Under the pieces are notes generated by a model. That model searched no databases. It was not told where the DNA came from and worked only from the letters and a program-made list of their open reading frames with translations. Shown here piece by piece: positions 39,303 to 55,635 of a DNA stretch of 64,000 nt. The position numbers were made by a program, and so were the translations under genes. The DNA is from the human T2T-CHM13v2.0 reference genome, Homo sapiens: NCBI RefSeq assembly GCF_009914755.1, contig NC_060930.1. One strand, 5' to 3'. Numbering within the stretch: the stretch's first letter is position 1; the number at the start of each line of letters is the position of its first letter.

Positions 39303-39874
39303 TGATCCAACTGCCTTGTCCTCCCAAAGTGCTGGGATTACAGGCGTGAGCTAGCATTTGATATCTAGACCACTAATGACATATATTTTGGATATATCTT
39401 ATGTTAGTTTTCTTTAGATGCATATTCCTCCCCCATTAGAATGTAAATCCTACTGAATACAAGAGATATGACTTATTCAACTAAAAAATGAAGCTCTTTT
39501 ACACTATAGGTATTCATAACTGTATGTTGGTTATTTCTTTAAAAAGGGCCATTATGCTACTGTTGTTTTTATGTGATATTGGTAGTCCTACTTCACAGGG
39601 ACAGTTTACGGAAGCACTGCATGTAAATGCAATCCATCTGGGTCAGCTTTAGAGTTACCAGTTTCCTATCAAGGATTTGACTTTTTTCTTTTCTCCAAAT
39701 GGAAGATCATCAAGAAACTGTAGAAAGATGAAATGGAAAATATTAAGTGGGTTACAGTCCCAAATCAACAATTTTATTCATGTTTAATATTGAAGTAAAG
39801 AACACTGTTTTGGCCAGGCACGGTGGCTCACGCCTGTAATCCCAGCACTTTGGGAGGCCAAGGCAGGCAGATCA

Positions 39875-40141
<267 letters not shown>

Positions 40142-40305
40142 TCATTTATGGTCACATAATCCCAGAAAATAGGTAATGTTGATTTTGGATTGGAAGCAGG
40201 CCAGTGTCACATTTTACAAAATCGGATAAGAACTAGAATTTGAAAATTGTGCTGATATAGTGGCACAGATGTCTTAGCTTTGTTTCCTTCTAAAAGATTA
40301 CTGGA

Positions 40306-40657
<352 letters not shown>

Positions 40658-41049
40658 TCAGCGATTTGGACGCGACAAGCAATGTTCTCAGTGAGCTTCT
40701 CACTCATGGTCTTGCAGAGCTGAGAGCAATAAAGCCACGGTGGAATTTGTGAGGCTTAATTAGGTGGAAATGCACACTTACGTCGGGAGAATAACACGTT
40801 CACCAAAGGACACAGTGGTATTTTTTAACCAATCGCAACTCTGTACGTTGGTATTATTCTAAGGGAGCAAAGCTTTGCCCCAACCCCCACCCCCATGTCC
40901 TGGTACTCTTCCACTCTGAGAGCTTTAGAACCGGGGTTCCAAAGTCTCTGCTTAGCCTAACAGTGACGTGCTTGTCACAAAGCCAGAGGCCGGTGTACTC
41001 GGGTTAGAGAGGGCCTTTGTCGTTGGGTTTTATTCTTATTGTATTATTC

Positions 41050-42350
41050 GGGCTCCACCGACCCAAATATTAGTCAACTGGGTTGGGCGAGGTAGGACGG
41101 ATGAAGCCCACCGTCTAACAATCTGGACATCTATAGGAGCAGATCCGCCGCTCGAAACAGGTGACCCAGCGACGACTGCGGAACCACTAGCAGCGTCTGC
41201 ACAGATCGACCCCGCCATCCCGCCGTCCCGCTCGGTGACCGGAGACACAGCCGGGAACGCGACTGATCAGGCTACCGAGCCGGGCCGCAGGGCGAAAGCG
41301 GTGCGGTCCGAGGCCTCAGAAAGGGACACGCAGCAGCGGAAGTGGCGCTGACTCAGCCCGGCCTCCCTGCAGTCCCCTGGCAGCGGTAGCAGCCACAGGG
41401 GCGGGCGGCTGGGCCACACGCCTCCCCCGCCCTCGGCCCCACCCGGCCGCACCCTAAGCCGCGCGGCGTCACAGAGCGCATGCGTGCCGCGGGGGATGCC
41501 GGGAGCGCGCAGTGGCGGCAGCGGCGGCGACGGCAGTAACAGCGGCAGCTACAGCGGGGACGCGAGCGGGGCGGTGACGGTGTGGGAGGTGGTCTCACTC
41601 TTGGGAAAACTGCTGGGCACCGTCGTCGCGCTGAAGGTGGTTCTGTACCTGCTCCGAGTGTGCTTAGCGATGGCCTGGAAATCCGGCGGCGCCAGCCACT
41701 CGGAGCTAATCCACAATCTCCGCAGTAAGTGCCACCTCCGCCCGTTGTAGGGCAGCTGGGGCAGGCTGGGCCTGGACCGGGTCCCCCTGGGCCGTCCGGA
41801 ACGTTCTGTCTGTCCCCGCGCGCCTGTTGGAGGGCTTCGGCGCAGAGTTGCCCCGGTAGTCCCGAACGGCGTGCGCTTGCAGTCGCCTCCCTCGGGACCT
41901 GTCACTCGTCGACGACGTGGACTGGAAGGGGAGAGAAAGAGCCAGGGGCCGCTGCTGGTGGGGGCAGGGGCAGTCGTCTCCCTGCAGGCCCTGGGGGAGG
42001 GAGTGCAGTACAGGTGATGCTGCTGTCACTCAGGTCCGCGTCCGGGTCCGGCTTGTGAGGGGCGTGCCTTCGGGGTGGGAGCGTGTGGGCTAGGCCTTAT
42101 GGAGAGTGGGCTGGCGCTCAGGAGACCCCACCCTCGTCCCCTGCATTTTTCTCACCTTCCTCCTCCATAATCAACCTCGCTGCAAGCTTTCCCTCTTATG
42201 CAGCCTCCCCCGCCCTCCGTTTTTTCCCCTGGAGGGAGATGCCACCGTCTGATACAGGCGAGGGGAGGAAGATGAGAGTATTGCCATTGCAGATGCTGGG
42301 AGAAATTTCTCGGGCGGCTGTCCAGTGGAAAGCTCCGTGCGGGGCGGAGA
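41050..42350. promoter_or_regulatory. PCMT1: PCMT1 CpG island / TATA-less promoter
   Basis: CpG-dense. ETS GCGGAAGTG at 41336-41344, AP-1/ARE TGACTCAGC at 41349-41357, GC box at ~41397-41408, NRF1-like GCGCATGCGT at 41476-41485. Confidence 0.85.
41670..41724 (+). CDS. PCMT1: Protein-L-isoaspartate O-methyltransferase exon 1: MAWKSGGASHSELIHNLR (in-frame upstream ATG at 41496 adds 58 aa)
   Basis: Recognised PIMT N-terminus, Kozak GCGATGG, donor GCA|GTAAGT. Confidence 0.97.
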
Positions 42351-42813
42351 AAGAACAGGGGATGCTGTTCCTGAGAGACTTGTATTTCAGGAGCCTTTGC
42401 AGGTCCTGGATCAGCAGAGGGTTGTGTGTCTGATGTTCTAACTTTTTTCAGGGCTACCATAGGCTTTAAAAACCTTATGTGGAGTTTCTTTATATCACTC
42501 TCCTTAGTTACTGTATTCCTTCTTCTGATGATAATTTTAGGATAGGATGAGTGCTGTGTCACTTTCTTTTTTTAAATCGAAATATAGCGTCCCCGTTTTG
42601 TTGGGAGACTACAAGGGCCGCAGTCTATAATAAACTCACTGGTCAGAATTTATAGCATTCTTCGCTACTATGCAGTAATCATATCTTGTCACATGGTATT
42701 TTTAATTGTCCTGTGTTACTTAGCTTTTCATGTGTTTGTCTTATTTCTCAACTCGATTTGTAATTTCCTTAACGGCTGGCACCATTAAAAAAAATTTTTT
42801 TTGGCCGGGCTCA

Positions 42814-43122
<309 letters not shown>

Positions 43123-43947
43123 TTAATAGTCATCCCTTTTTTTCATAAATGCCCATTAAATGTCCGTTATATGCCTAAATCTGTGCTAGACAGACAAAGG
43201 TAATTGAGAGAAATTAGGAGTACTGTTTGGCACATGGTTGGTACTTTTTTTTTTTTGAGACAGAGACTCCCTCTGTAGCCCAGACTGGAGTGCAATGGAG
43301 CGGTCTTAGCTCACTGCAACCTCCGCCTCCCAGGTTCAAACAATTGTCCTGTCTCAGCCTCCTGAGTGGCTGGGACTACAGGCGCCTGCCAGCACGCCTG
43401 GCTAATTTTTGTATTTTTAGTAGAGAAGGGGTTTCACTATGTTGGCCAGGCTGATGTCGAACTCCTGACTTCATGATCTGCCCACCTCGGCCTCCCAAAG
43501 TGCTGGGATTATAGGCGTGAGCCACCGCGCCAGGCCGGTACTTGATATATTAGTCATTTTGGATTTTTTTTTGGTGGGGGGACAATACTTAATGTGGAAA
43601 CTGAGTCTTTAGTGTTTGGTAAGAGAGAATGTTGATTATTTTTTTTTTTTAGACAGGGTTTCACTGTCACCCAGGTTGGAGTGCAGTGGTGTGAGCTCGG
43701 CTCACTGCAACCCCTGCTTTCTGTGCTCAAGCGATTTTCCCACTTCAGCCTCCTGAGTACAGTGGTGCCACCATACCAGGCTAATTTTTAGGGTTTTTTT
43801 TTTTTTTTTTTTTTGGTAGTTTATGAGATGGGGTCTTGCTATGTTGCCCAGGCTGGTCTTGAACTCCTGGACTCAAGCAATTTGTTGGACTCAGGCTCCC
43901 AAAATTTTGGGATTACAAGAGTGAGCCACCGCACCTGGCCATGGTGA

Positions 43948-44197
<250 letters not shown>

Positions 44198-45052
44198 TGA
44201 TCTGCCTGCCTCGGCCTCCCAAAGTGCTTGAATTACAGGTGTGAGCCACCACGCCCAGCCTAGATGTCAATATTTTGTCAAGCATTGTCAGGTTCATTTT
44301 ATGGAATGATGCTTGATTGGAAATGGACATTTATGTGCTACAACAGTAGTATGAAGTATGATTTGGGTTCTCATGGATGGCACATAAGCTCAATATGTTG
44401 TAAATATTTTTTACGAAATCCCTTAACATGATCTCAGTGCCTTCTATTGCAGTATATGTACCTGAAACATTTTGTACACAAATTGTGATTAAGTAATTTT
44501 CCACCGGTAGGTTATCCTAGTAGGCACTTGGCTGTGGCAGAAATTTGTAATCAATCAGGCTCTTAAAGTCTCTCCTTTTTTGGGCCAAATTTGTGGTAAG
44601 CCAAGACTAGATAGATCTTTTCCCGGTGGTTTCATAATCACTTTAATGTATTGCATTACTGTTCTTAGCTGAAATTTCTAAGGATGTTTTTCTGTCAGGA
44701 AATTTAATAAGGAATATTTAATATACATAGATGTTGATTTTGCAAATAGTTTTATACTAGATTTATGATTGGTAAGAGGAAATTAGAGTAGAATAGTTGT
44801 TTAGCCTCTTTTGTAACACTTGTGCAACTTTAGTTTCAACTTCTTGCTGAGGTAATTCTAGCTAATAGATTTCTTTTTATTAGCTTATTATAAAAGTAAT
44901 ACTTGCTCATGTGAAAATTGTAATTGACATAAAATTTGAAAATATTGCCTTCCTTCCTCATTATTCTACTGTGTATATTCTTCCTAAATTAAAGGCTTTT
45001 AATTGAAATCTTAGAAAAATATAAAAATGTGATTGTGTTGATGTTGAAATGA

Positions 45053-45372
<320 letters not shown>

Positions 45373-45608
45373 TGATCCACCACACCTGGCCAATAGTTTT
45401 TTTTGTTTTGTTTTGTTTTGTTTTTAAGAAATGAAGCTTAATATAATTTGTTAAGAATATTTTGTTTTCCTTTTGTATTAAAATCTATCATAATAGGACT
45501 GTGGTTGTATGATTTCATAGTTGATGCATCATTTATAGAATATTTCAGATTGTAATGGTAGATTTCTTATGTCATGGCTTATATTATAACCACTCTTAAG
45601 TAACTTAG

Positions 45609-45762
45609 AACAGTGACTAAAACTTGAGCATGCTTCAAAATCTCCTGAATCACCTGGAGAGCTTTTCAAAACACAGATTGCCGGAGCTTGAGAATTTGTA
45701 TTTCTAACAGATTTGTAAGTGGTGCCACTGCTGGTCCAGGGACCACATTTTGAGAACCAGTG
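45609..45762. mobile_element. MER5-type hAT-Charlie DNA transposon relic
   Basis: gaatcacctggagagcttttcaaaacacagattgccgg...ggtccagggaccacattttgagaaccagtg. Confidence 0.65.
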
Positions 45763-45869
45763 ACATGGAGAATTGAAAATTATAAGGTTGAATTCTGCCA
45801 GCATATCAGCTAAATCAGTTTTATGCTTTAGAATAATGTTTTAGAAAAAGTCTATAGCAGTCTTGCCCT

Positions 45870-46040
45870 ATAGAGTGCTTGGTGATGTTCTCTATATCGT
45901 CCAGTGTGGTAGCTACTAGCTACATGTGGCATTTAACATTTGAAATGTGGACAACTGAAGAACCGAAATTCAATTTTTTAAAAAATTAACTTAATGAAAT
46001 AACCACATGTATCCAGTAGTTACCATATTGGACAGCACAG
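45870..46040. mobile_element. MER3-type hAT relic
   Basis: tccagtgtggtagctactagctacatgtggc...ccacatgtatccagtagttaccatattggacagcacag. Confidence 0.6.
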
Positions 46041-46327
46041 GTCTCTAGAAATGAAAAAATACAATTATTTTATGATTATGGACTGGTAATGTGCTCGTGA
46101 AACAAATTAGCTTAATTTGAAACTGTGAGCCTGCTTAATCCAGGGAATGTGACTATTTAAATAATGTTTATATTAGAGTTTACTTCCTACTCGTATTGAG
46201 ATAATTTCAAGCCATGGTAAAATTTAGGAAGATAGCCAGAGTAGGTGAGGTGATGTTCTGGAGCAGGGGTATTTAAACCAGAGGGTTTGTGGGATGTTAA
46301 CTTAATGGATAGGCTTCAAATGCTATA

Positions 46328-47311
46328 GAGTAGTCCCTCCCTTATCCCATGGTTTTGCTTTCTGAAGTTTCAGTTACCCCAAGTCAACTGAGGTCTGAAA
46401 ATATTAAATGGGAAATTCCTGAAACAAGCAATTCATAAGTTTTAAATTGTGTGCTGTTTTGAGTAGCGTGAGGAACTCTCTGGACGTCCCACTTGATCCT
46501 GCCCGTGACATGAATCATCCCTTTGTTCAGCATATCTATGCTGTCTACACCTGCCCGTTTGTCACTTAGTAGCCTATTTGGTTAGCAGTGACTGTCATAG
46601 TATCACAGGGCTTGTGTCCAAATAATCCTTATTTTACTTAATAATGGACCCAAAGTGCAAGAATAATGGTGCTGGCATGTAATGATACTTGTTCTATTTT
46701 ATTCATTATTTTTGTTAATTTCTTAATTGTGCCTAATTTATAAACTAAACTTTATTATAGGTATGTTACGTATAGGAAGAAAACAACATACAGATGGTCC
46801 CTGACTTAACAGTGGTTTGACTTACAAGTTTTTTACTTTACTGGATGTAAACCTGTCATAAGGGACATAAACCTGTTATAAGTTAAGGAAGGCCGAGTGC
46901 GGTGGCTCACACCTGTAATCTCAGAACTTTGGGAGGCTGAGTCAGGAGGATCGCTTCAGTCCAGGAGTTTGAGACCAGCCTAGGCAACATAGTGAAAATA
47001 ACATTTGTCATTTTCTCTACAAAAAATAAACAAAATTAGCTGGGCATTATGGTGCATGCCTGTAGTCTCAGCTACATGAGCTACGTGGGAGGCTGAGATG
47101 GGAGGATCACTTGAGCCCGAGAGGTTGAGGGTGCAGTAAGCCAAGATCATGCCACTGCACTCGAGCCTGGGTGATGGAGCAATACTTTGTCTCAAAAAAA
47201 AAAAAATGTTGAGTATCTGTATGGGCTGTATGGGCTTTGGTATTGTATGCGGTTTCAGGCATCTATTAAGGGTCTTGGACCGTATTTCCTGTGGGTAAAG
47301 GGAAACTACTG
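46328..47311. mobile_element. MER44/Tigger7-type element hosting a MER47-type element and an Alu
   Basis: TA-flanked degenerate TIRs (gagtagtccctcccttatccc / gggtaaagggaaactactg). Nested TA-flanked element at 46791-47219 and Alu at 46891-47206. Confidence 0.7.
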
Positions 47312-47459
47312 TACTGACCACTGAAAGCAATTGTTCTTTTATCTATTTTTATTTGTAAAAATAATTCAGTCCATTCCCCTAATGATCAATTGTTTCTACT
47401 TATGTTTCTTTTGCATTCTTGATTTTGTCATTTTACATATATAATGTTTATGGAATTTG

Positions 47460-47980
47460 TCATTTAGTCAGCTGATATTTTAGTGCTTTCTATATGACAG
47501 GCACTGGGGATACAGCAGTGAACAAAACAAACATCCACTCCCTCTTGTAGCTTCTAATGGGAGCAGCCAAGTATAGTATGTCACATGATAAGTGACAAAG
47601 TAGGGAGGGAGGACAGAGTGTGTGGGGCAGTAGGTTTATAGTTGTAGAGAAGGCCTCAGTAAGGTATCATTAGACCAAAGATTTGCTGGAGGAGTAGACA
47701 CATATCACGCAGGTAGACTTGGGATAAGCATTCCAGGCAGAAGAAATAGCGAATTCCAGATTTGGATTTAGGATCTGGGAGAAAAGATTGGAGGCAAGGA
47801 TCCAACACCAAGGTTTTAGGCCTTGGCAACTGGAATGATTTGCCATTTTCTAAATTGGAAATGGTGAGTGAGTGAGCAGCCACGTTTATTCTGTGAGGAG
47901 GGGACTGTGGGAGATCAGATTATTTTGAGGAATGCTTTTCTTATAAGACATTTAAGTCGAGATTTTTAGTAGGCATTTGA
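47460..47980. mobile_element. L2 fragment
   Basis: ggcactggggatacagcagtgaacaaaaca...agcattccaggcagaag motifs. Confidence 0.6.
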
Positions 47981-48081
47981 ATATGCAAGAATTATGATTT
48001 GTAGTTTTTATATCCTAAAAGCATTTACTTTTGTAAATAATGAAATTATTTTCTAATTCTATCTACAGCACCAGTTCTTAG

Positions 48082-48495
<414 letters not shown>

Positions 48496-49557
48496 TAAAA
48501 TCCTAAGAAATTGGAGCCTCAAAGTCCAGAGGCCTTCTCATTTTGACTTATTTCAAACCAGTCTTATGGATAGGTACTAGTAAGTAAACTTGAAATCCTA
48601 TGTATATATTTAAATTTAAATTATATAAAAATAAATAAAATTGGCCGGGCGTGGTGGGTCATGCCTGTAATCCTAGCACTTTGGGAGGCCGAGGTGGGTG
48701 GATCACCTGAGGTCAGGGGTACGAGACCAGCCTGGCCAACAATGCGAAAACCCGTCTCTACTAAAAATACAAAAATTAGCTGGGCATGGTGACAGGAGCC
48801 TATAATCCCAGCTACTCGGAGGCTGAAGCAGGAGAATCGCTTGAACCCGGGGAGTGGAGTTTGCAGTGACCTGAGATCGCTCCATTGTACCCCAGCCTGG
48901 GTGAAAAAGCGAAACTGCCTCAAAATAAATACATAAATAAATAAAATTAAAAATTTATATCTTTAGTCATATTAGCCACATTTCAAGAGCTCAGTAGCCA
49001 CATGGAGCTAGTGCCCACCCTGTTGGACAGTGCAGATAGAGAATAGATCTGCCATCACTGAAGGTTCTTTTGGATTGCAGTAGATCTTGATGCTTGGCTG
49101 TATTACATTCTGGTTAATGAGATCTTAGGCTGTAGGAGGGGAAAGATTCGATTGTGCTGTTACAAAAATATTTTTATTAATATTATATTTAGCTTTGGTT
49201 AAATGCTTTCAGGGTGGCAGTGTAAAACTAAAGATTATTGGATAAGAGTGATGAAGATAACAAGAGGATCAGCATCTTACATGGTGCTTTGAAGGGATGG
49301 AGGTGGTTTGGTTTAGCAAAACCTTTAGGGAGCAGTGGTGTTTAAATTTGAAGAAATGTCATGTAGTAGAGGGTCAAACCAGGACAAATGGGAGGCAGAT
49401 TTTGGCTCATTATAAGTAAGTATTCACAAAGCTATCCTAACAATCAAAAAGTTGGCTTTGAAAAAGTGTTTTCTGTCACCAAATATGTTGAAGCAAAGAA
49501 TGGTTGACCATTTCACTGTAAGGGATATTGTAGAAGGGATTTTGTCATCAGATTTGA

Positions 49558-49890
<333 letters not shown>

Positions 49891-49982
49891 TGATCCACCC
49901 GACTTGGCCTCCCAAAGTGCTAGGATTACAGGAGTGAGCCACTGCGCCCAACCAATTTTTTTTTTTTCTTTCTTTCTTTCTT

Positions 49983-50017
<35 letters not shown>

Positions 50018-50685
50018 CTGAGACAGAGTCTTGCTCTGTCGTCCAGGCTGGAGTGCAGTGGCGCAACCTCAGCTCACTGCAACCTCCGCCTCCCCGGTTC
50101 AAGCAATTCTCCTGCCTCAGCCTCCTGAGTAGCTAGGATTACAGGCATATGCTACCACGCCTGGCTAATTTTTGTATTTTTAGTAGAGGCGAGGTTTCAC
50201 CATGTTGGCCAGGCTGGTCTCAAACTCCTGACTTTGTGATCTGCCCACCTCGGCCTCCCAAAGTGCTGGGATTACAAGCATTAGCCACTGCGCCTGGCCC
50301 AATTTTTTTCTTTTTTTTAATAGTGTTATGGATTGCATGAAATTACTTGTGGAGTGTATGTGTTTTAGTAGCCAGCTACAGAAGTTTAACATTAACTTCT
50401 AATGTTACCTGCATTTTAGGTTTTGTATAACATTGTAGTTTGTTAGAGATGTAAAGGAATCCAAGGAACATATCCTCTGAGAAATAACGTCTAAATACTA
50501 TGTATCAATTAAAAGTTATTAAGGTATAATGAAAGATCCATTTTATTTTTTTTCCCCATTGATTGGCAGAGGAAGGTACATATTTTAAAATAATCTCTGG
50601 TACTTAGAGAATATGCTTTACCGTAACTTGCCATCACATAAAATTCTTCCTTAATTATATTGTGCATTTTCTTTTTCTTTTTTGA

Positions 50686-50901
<216 letters not shown>

Positions 50902-51303
50902 TGATCTGCCCGGCTCGGCCTCCCAAAGTGCTGGGATTACAGGCGTGAGCCACCGCGCCCGGCCATGTTGTGAATTTAAAACTAATTCCTTTCACATTTT
51001 TTCAGTACAGAAAGTACCTGGGAGTGTCTCAGCCTCTACTTAGCATCTATCATGCCTAATCATTCTGAATGGGAAGAAAAAGGTGAAAGTTTTGTTAATT
51101 TCTTATTGTTTTTCCAGACATGTTGATAGCAGAGAAGAAATGTGGGGTAGATGGTTAACAGCTATCCAAGTCTTATAAACTAATATAATAAGGTAATATT
51201 TCTTTTATTTAGATGTAACCTTGTAACAAGCTTAGAAAGTTTCGATATGACTTGAAATCTATCTGCAGCTTATTTTCTTTCTTTCTTTCTTTCTTTTTTT
51301 TGA

Positions 51304-51666
<363 letters not shown>

Positions 51667-52099
51667 TAGATCATATATCTTAGAATAATCACTGATTCTT
51701 TCAGACTGTCATCAGATTAACTCAGCAGTTCTTACAAATGCCTTTCATAGCCATCCCTTTCACCATATTTTCATTGATACCATCCCAGCCCAGGTTCGTA
51801 GTTGAAACTTACGAGTAACATACCTGGTGTCTGATTGGTTGTCATACTTTTCATTTTCCCTCCTTTCAGATCCAATCCATTCTACACATTATACTGATTT
51901 TTTCCTAGTGTACTGATTTCTGTTATGTCACTTTGCTGCTTAGGCTTCTTAATGCTTACTGTATCAGGTGTAAACACCTTTTGCTTACCTTTCCAGGCCT
52001 TTTTAGAGTCTTATATAGCTTACTCCCATGCTCCAACTCCAATCCTGTTCTGCAGGCTGGTCTTATTTGCCTCTTCATATGCCTTGTGCATGAGGGTAC

Positions 52100-52780
<681 letters not shown>

Positions 52781-54267
52781 ACTATATACTGGATTATAGA
52801 GGATGCAGGTAAAAAAGTGTGTGTGTGTGTGTGTGTATACACACATATATAAAACTGATATAACTATATGAAGGAAGGGGATAGGTTTGTGTTGTGTAAA
52901 TACTCATCCATCTTGGCAGGAGGTCAGCAGATGATGTCTAAAGTAGATAAAACATGAAATACACACACACACACACACATAAAATTTTATCACTATGAAA
53001 GTAAAGCAGTCCTTGCTGTATCTTGCTAATTGTAAGGGTGATGTGTGTGTGTGTGTGTGTACATATATATATACACATACATACTATCTATGATAGGAGA
53101 ATTGAGAATATTAATTTTTAATCAAGTAATATATGTACATATTTAAAAGATACATAATAAGATGAGCTTATAATGAAAAACAACATTCTTCGCCATTCCC
53201 AGACTCATTGCTTAGAGTGAACCACTTTTAACTGTTTTTGGTTCTTGTGATTATCTTCATATCTCTAAATCATATGCTTAAACTGATGTTTCATGTTTTA
53301 TCTACTTTAGACATCATCTGCTGACCTCCTGCCAAGATGGATGAGTATTTACACAATACAAACCTATCCCCTTCCTTCATATAGTTATATCATAGTTTTT
53401 GGTTCCTCTTTTGTGGTTACCTTTGTAACTTTAAGTAATAGACTTTAACCTCTGTTTCTTGTTCCATAATTTATAAACTGACACTACCTCTTAACCCATC
53501 TACTTGGTAAGAAAGGGTATTAGGGAGTTCCCGCTCTCATTTCCTAATTGATTGACAGTTCTTTTACATTGTCAAAGTTGATAACATTTACATTTTGTTT
53601 TGAGCAGTAAATAAATCTTCTGCACCTTATTGTTGATTTCAAAAGTTGAAAATCAGTAGCCATCATTAATATTTATGACTGTATCCATACTTTGCTGAAC
53701 GATGTAGTGTATTGAGTTTATTCCTTGCCCTTTGTTTCCTATATTACAGACCTTTCTGCTATTGAAGACTGTCAAATGTTTTTCCTTTGTTTTTTAATGC
53801 TTCATCAGTTGCTTTAAATCTTGCTACATTTTAGTTTTCCTTATATGTAAATCATAACTCTTGTGTAGTGTTTTTGTTTTTTTTCCTGGAATTTGATTTA
53901 TCCTCTGTGCCCGTTTTCACCCACGCTTCAAGTTGGGAAAAGAAACATATTTTTCTTACCATGACCCTAATTTTTTCAAGGTTTTTATTATTTGGCTGAT
54001 AGCTTGGATTCTATTGTAGTCTCCTTTTTGAATCCTGTTTTCATTTGGATCAGTTGCATATTTGGACCAACATTAGCCATTATTATAATCATTTAATGAG
54101 GGTCTTTAGACCCTAGGGCGGCAAGCAGATCGGGTATGGGTGGCTCTCAAGCTGTTCTCTATTTCAGAAAAGCCTAATGGTAATTGCACATTTACCCCTA
54201 ATTAGCCTGTACATGCAAAGTAAAACATCAAATTACTTTTCTGTTTGTTAGAAATATTTTAGAGCGC

Positions 54268-54531
54268 TGGTAATCTATGATATATATATATATCTATGAT
54301 ATCTATGATATATATATGAATCTATGATATATATATCTATGATATCTATGATATATATATCTATGATATCTATGATATAAATATCTATGATATATATATC
54401 TATGATATAGATATCTATGATATAAATATCTATGATATATATATCTATGATATAGATACCTATGATATAAATATCTATGATATATATATCTATGATATAT
54501 ATATCTATGATATTTATATCATAGATTACCA
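54268..54531. repeat. AT-rich minisatellite (17 CTATGA-anchored units, mostly 15 bp) bounded by 17-bp inverted repeats
   Basis: Directly visible. Arms tggtaatctatgatata (54268-54284) and tatatcatagattacca (54515-54531). Confidence 0.95.
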
Positions 54532-55384
54532 ATGACAGAAAAATTATTTAATAACTTAGTAAATATATAATAGTTTGGTTTAAGCATCTTTTAGAACATG
54601 GGATCCTGGGCAAAAATAAATAATAAGAAACTTGTGAAAATTTTGGAAACCACCCAGTAATGCCTAAAAAAGCTTTATTCTGAGACATGATGGGTTCAGC
54701 TTTTTAATAAATGGCTGATGGCATGCTATTAATAACAATTTAGAGTTTTTAGTAACTTCCATATGCCTTCATATCTGTAGAGCCAAAGAAGCTCACATAA
54801 ATTTGATAGAAGTATATTATCGAGCTTGAAGGAAGTGATTTCTTTAATTTACTTTGATTTTTAGAATGTGCCTCAAGTAAAATCTTTAAGATGTCACACT
54901 TTAAGTATCCATCTAGGGAAGAATGAATACAGTGAATATGATGATGGTTTCAAAAATTGATGAATAATTGGCAGTGTTGAGTGAAGCTGCCTAACCTGAA
55001 AAAAATAAAGCTGGAGGTAGTCCTGATTTATCTTTATGTAAAAAATGGTTGACTAGATAGAAATTCAATATATTCTTTGTGGCTTCAGAGAATAACACTA
55101 AGAGTGTCATGTGAGTGAATTATGAAAAGGGAGATTCATCTTAATACAGGGAAATTGTCTAATAATCAGAGTGGTCTGAATGAGCTAGTAAGAACCACAA
55201 TAATGGAACTCTTTTAGAAGAGAATATGGTACCAATTTATGAAGTTAGACTCAATGGCTCCTAAAGCCTCTTGTGACTTTGAGAGTCTATGAATCACCCT
55301 CTGGGATTTGAATTAATTTCAGGGGAAATGAACCACTCAAGAATTATTTTGGGAAATGAATTAGTAGAACTCACTAAGCTATTT

Positions 55385-55635
55385 GAATATGTTAGTAGCA
55401 GTATAGTGAAGTGATCATAGAAATCTAACATCTTAATTTGAATAACCCTACCCCTTATTTGCTCTGTTATCTTGGACTACTTAACTAGTCTTTCTAACCT
55501 CAATGTTATGATCTGTCAAATGAAATAATAATAGTGCCTACTTTATAGGCTTATTTGAGACAACATAAGATTCTGTTTATTAGTACTGTATCTTTCACAT
55601 GGTAAACATTAAGCGAATATCACTGCTATTATTAC
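55385..55635. mobile_element. MIR
   Basis: MIR core-like atctgtcaaatgaaaataataatagtgcctactttatagg. Confidence 0.6.

Noticed and set aside
40968-42562. ORFs of 100-136 aa around the PCMT1 island
   Set aside because: GC-rich shadow ORFs without homology; only the exon-1 frame is supported.
52817-53060. Alternating (TG)n/(CA)n/(TG)n tracts able to fold back
   Set aside because: Short common microsatellites around old repeat fragments; no further support.
54275-54532. ORF of IDIYI repeats; array superficially CRISPR-like
   Set aside because: Translation of the minisatellite; no unique spacers; eukaryotic context.
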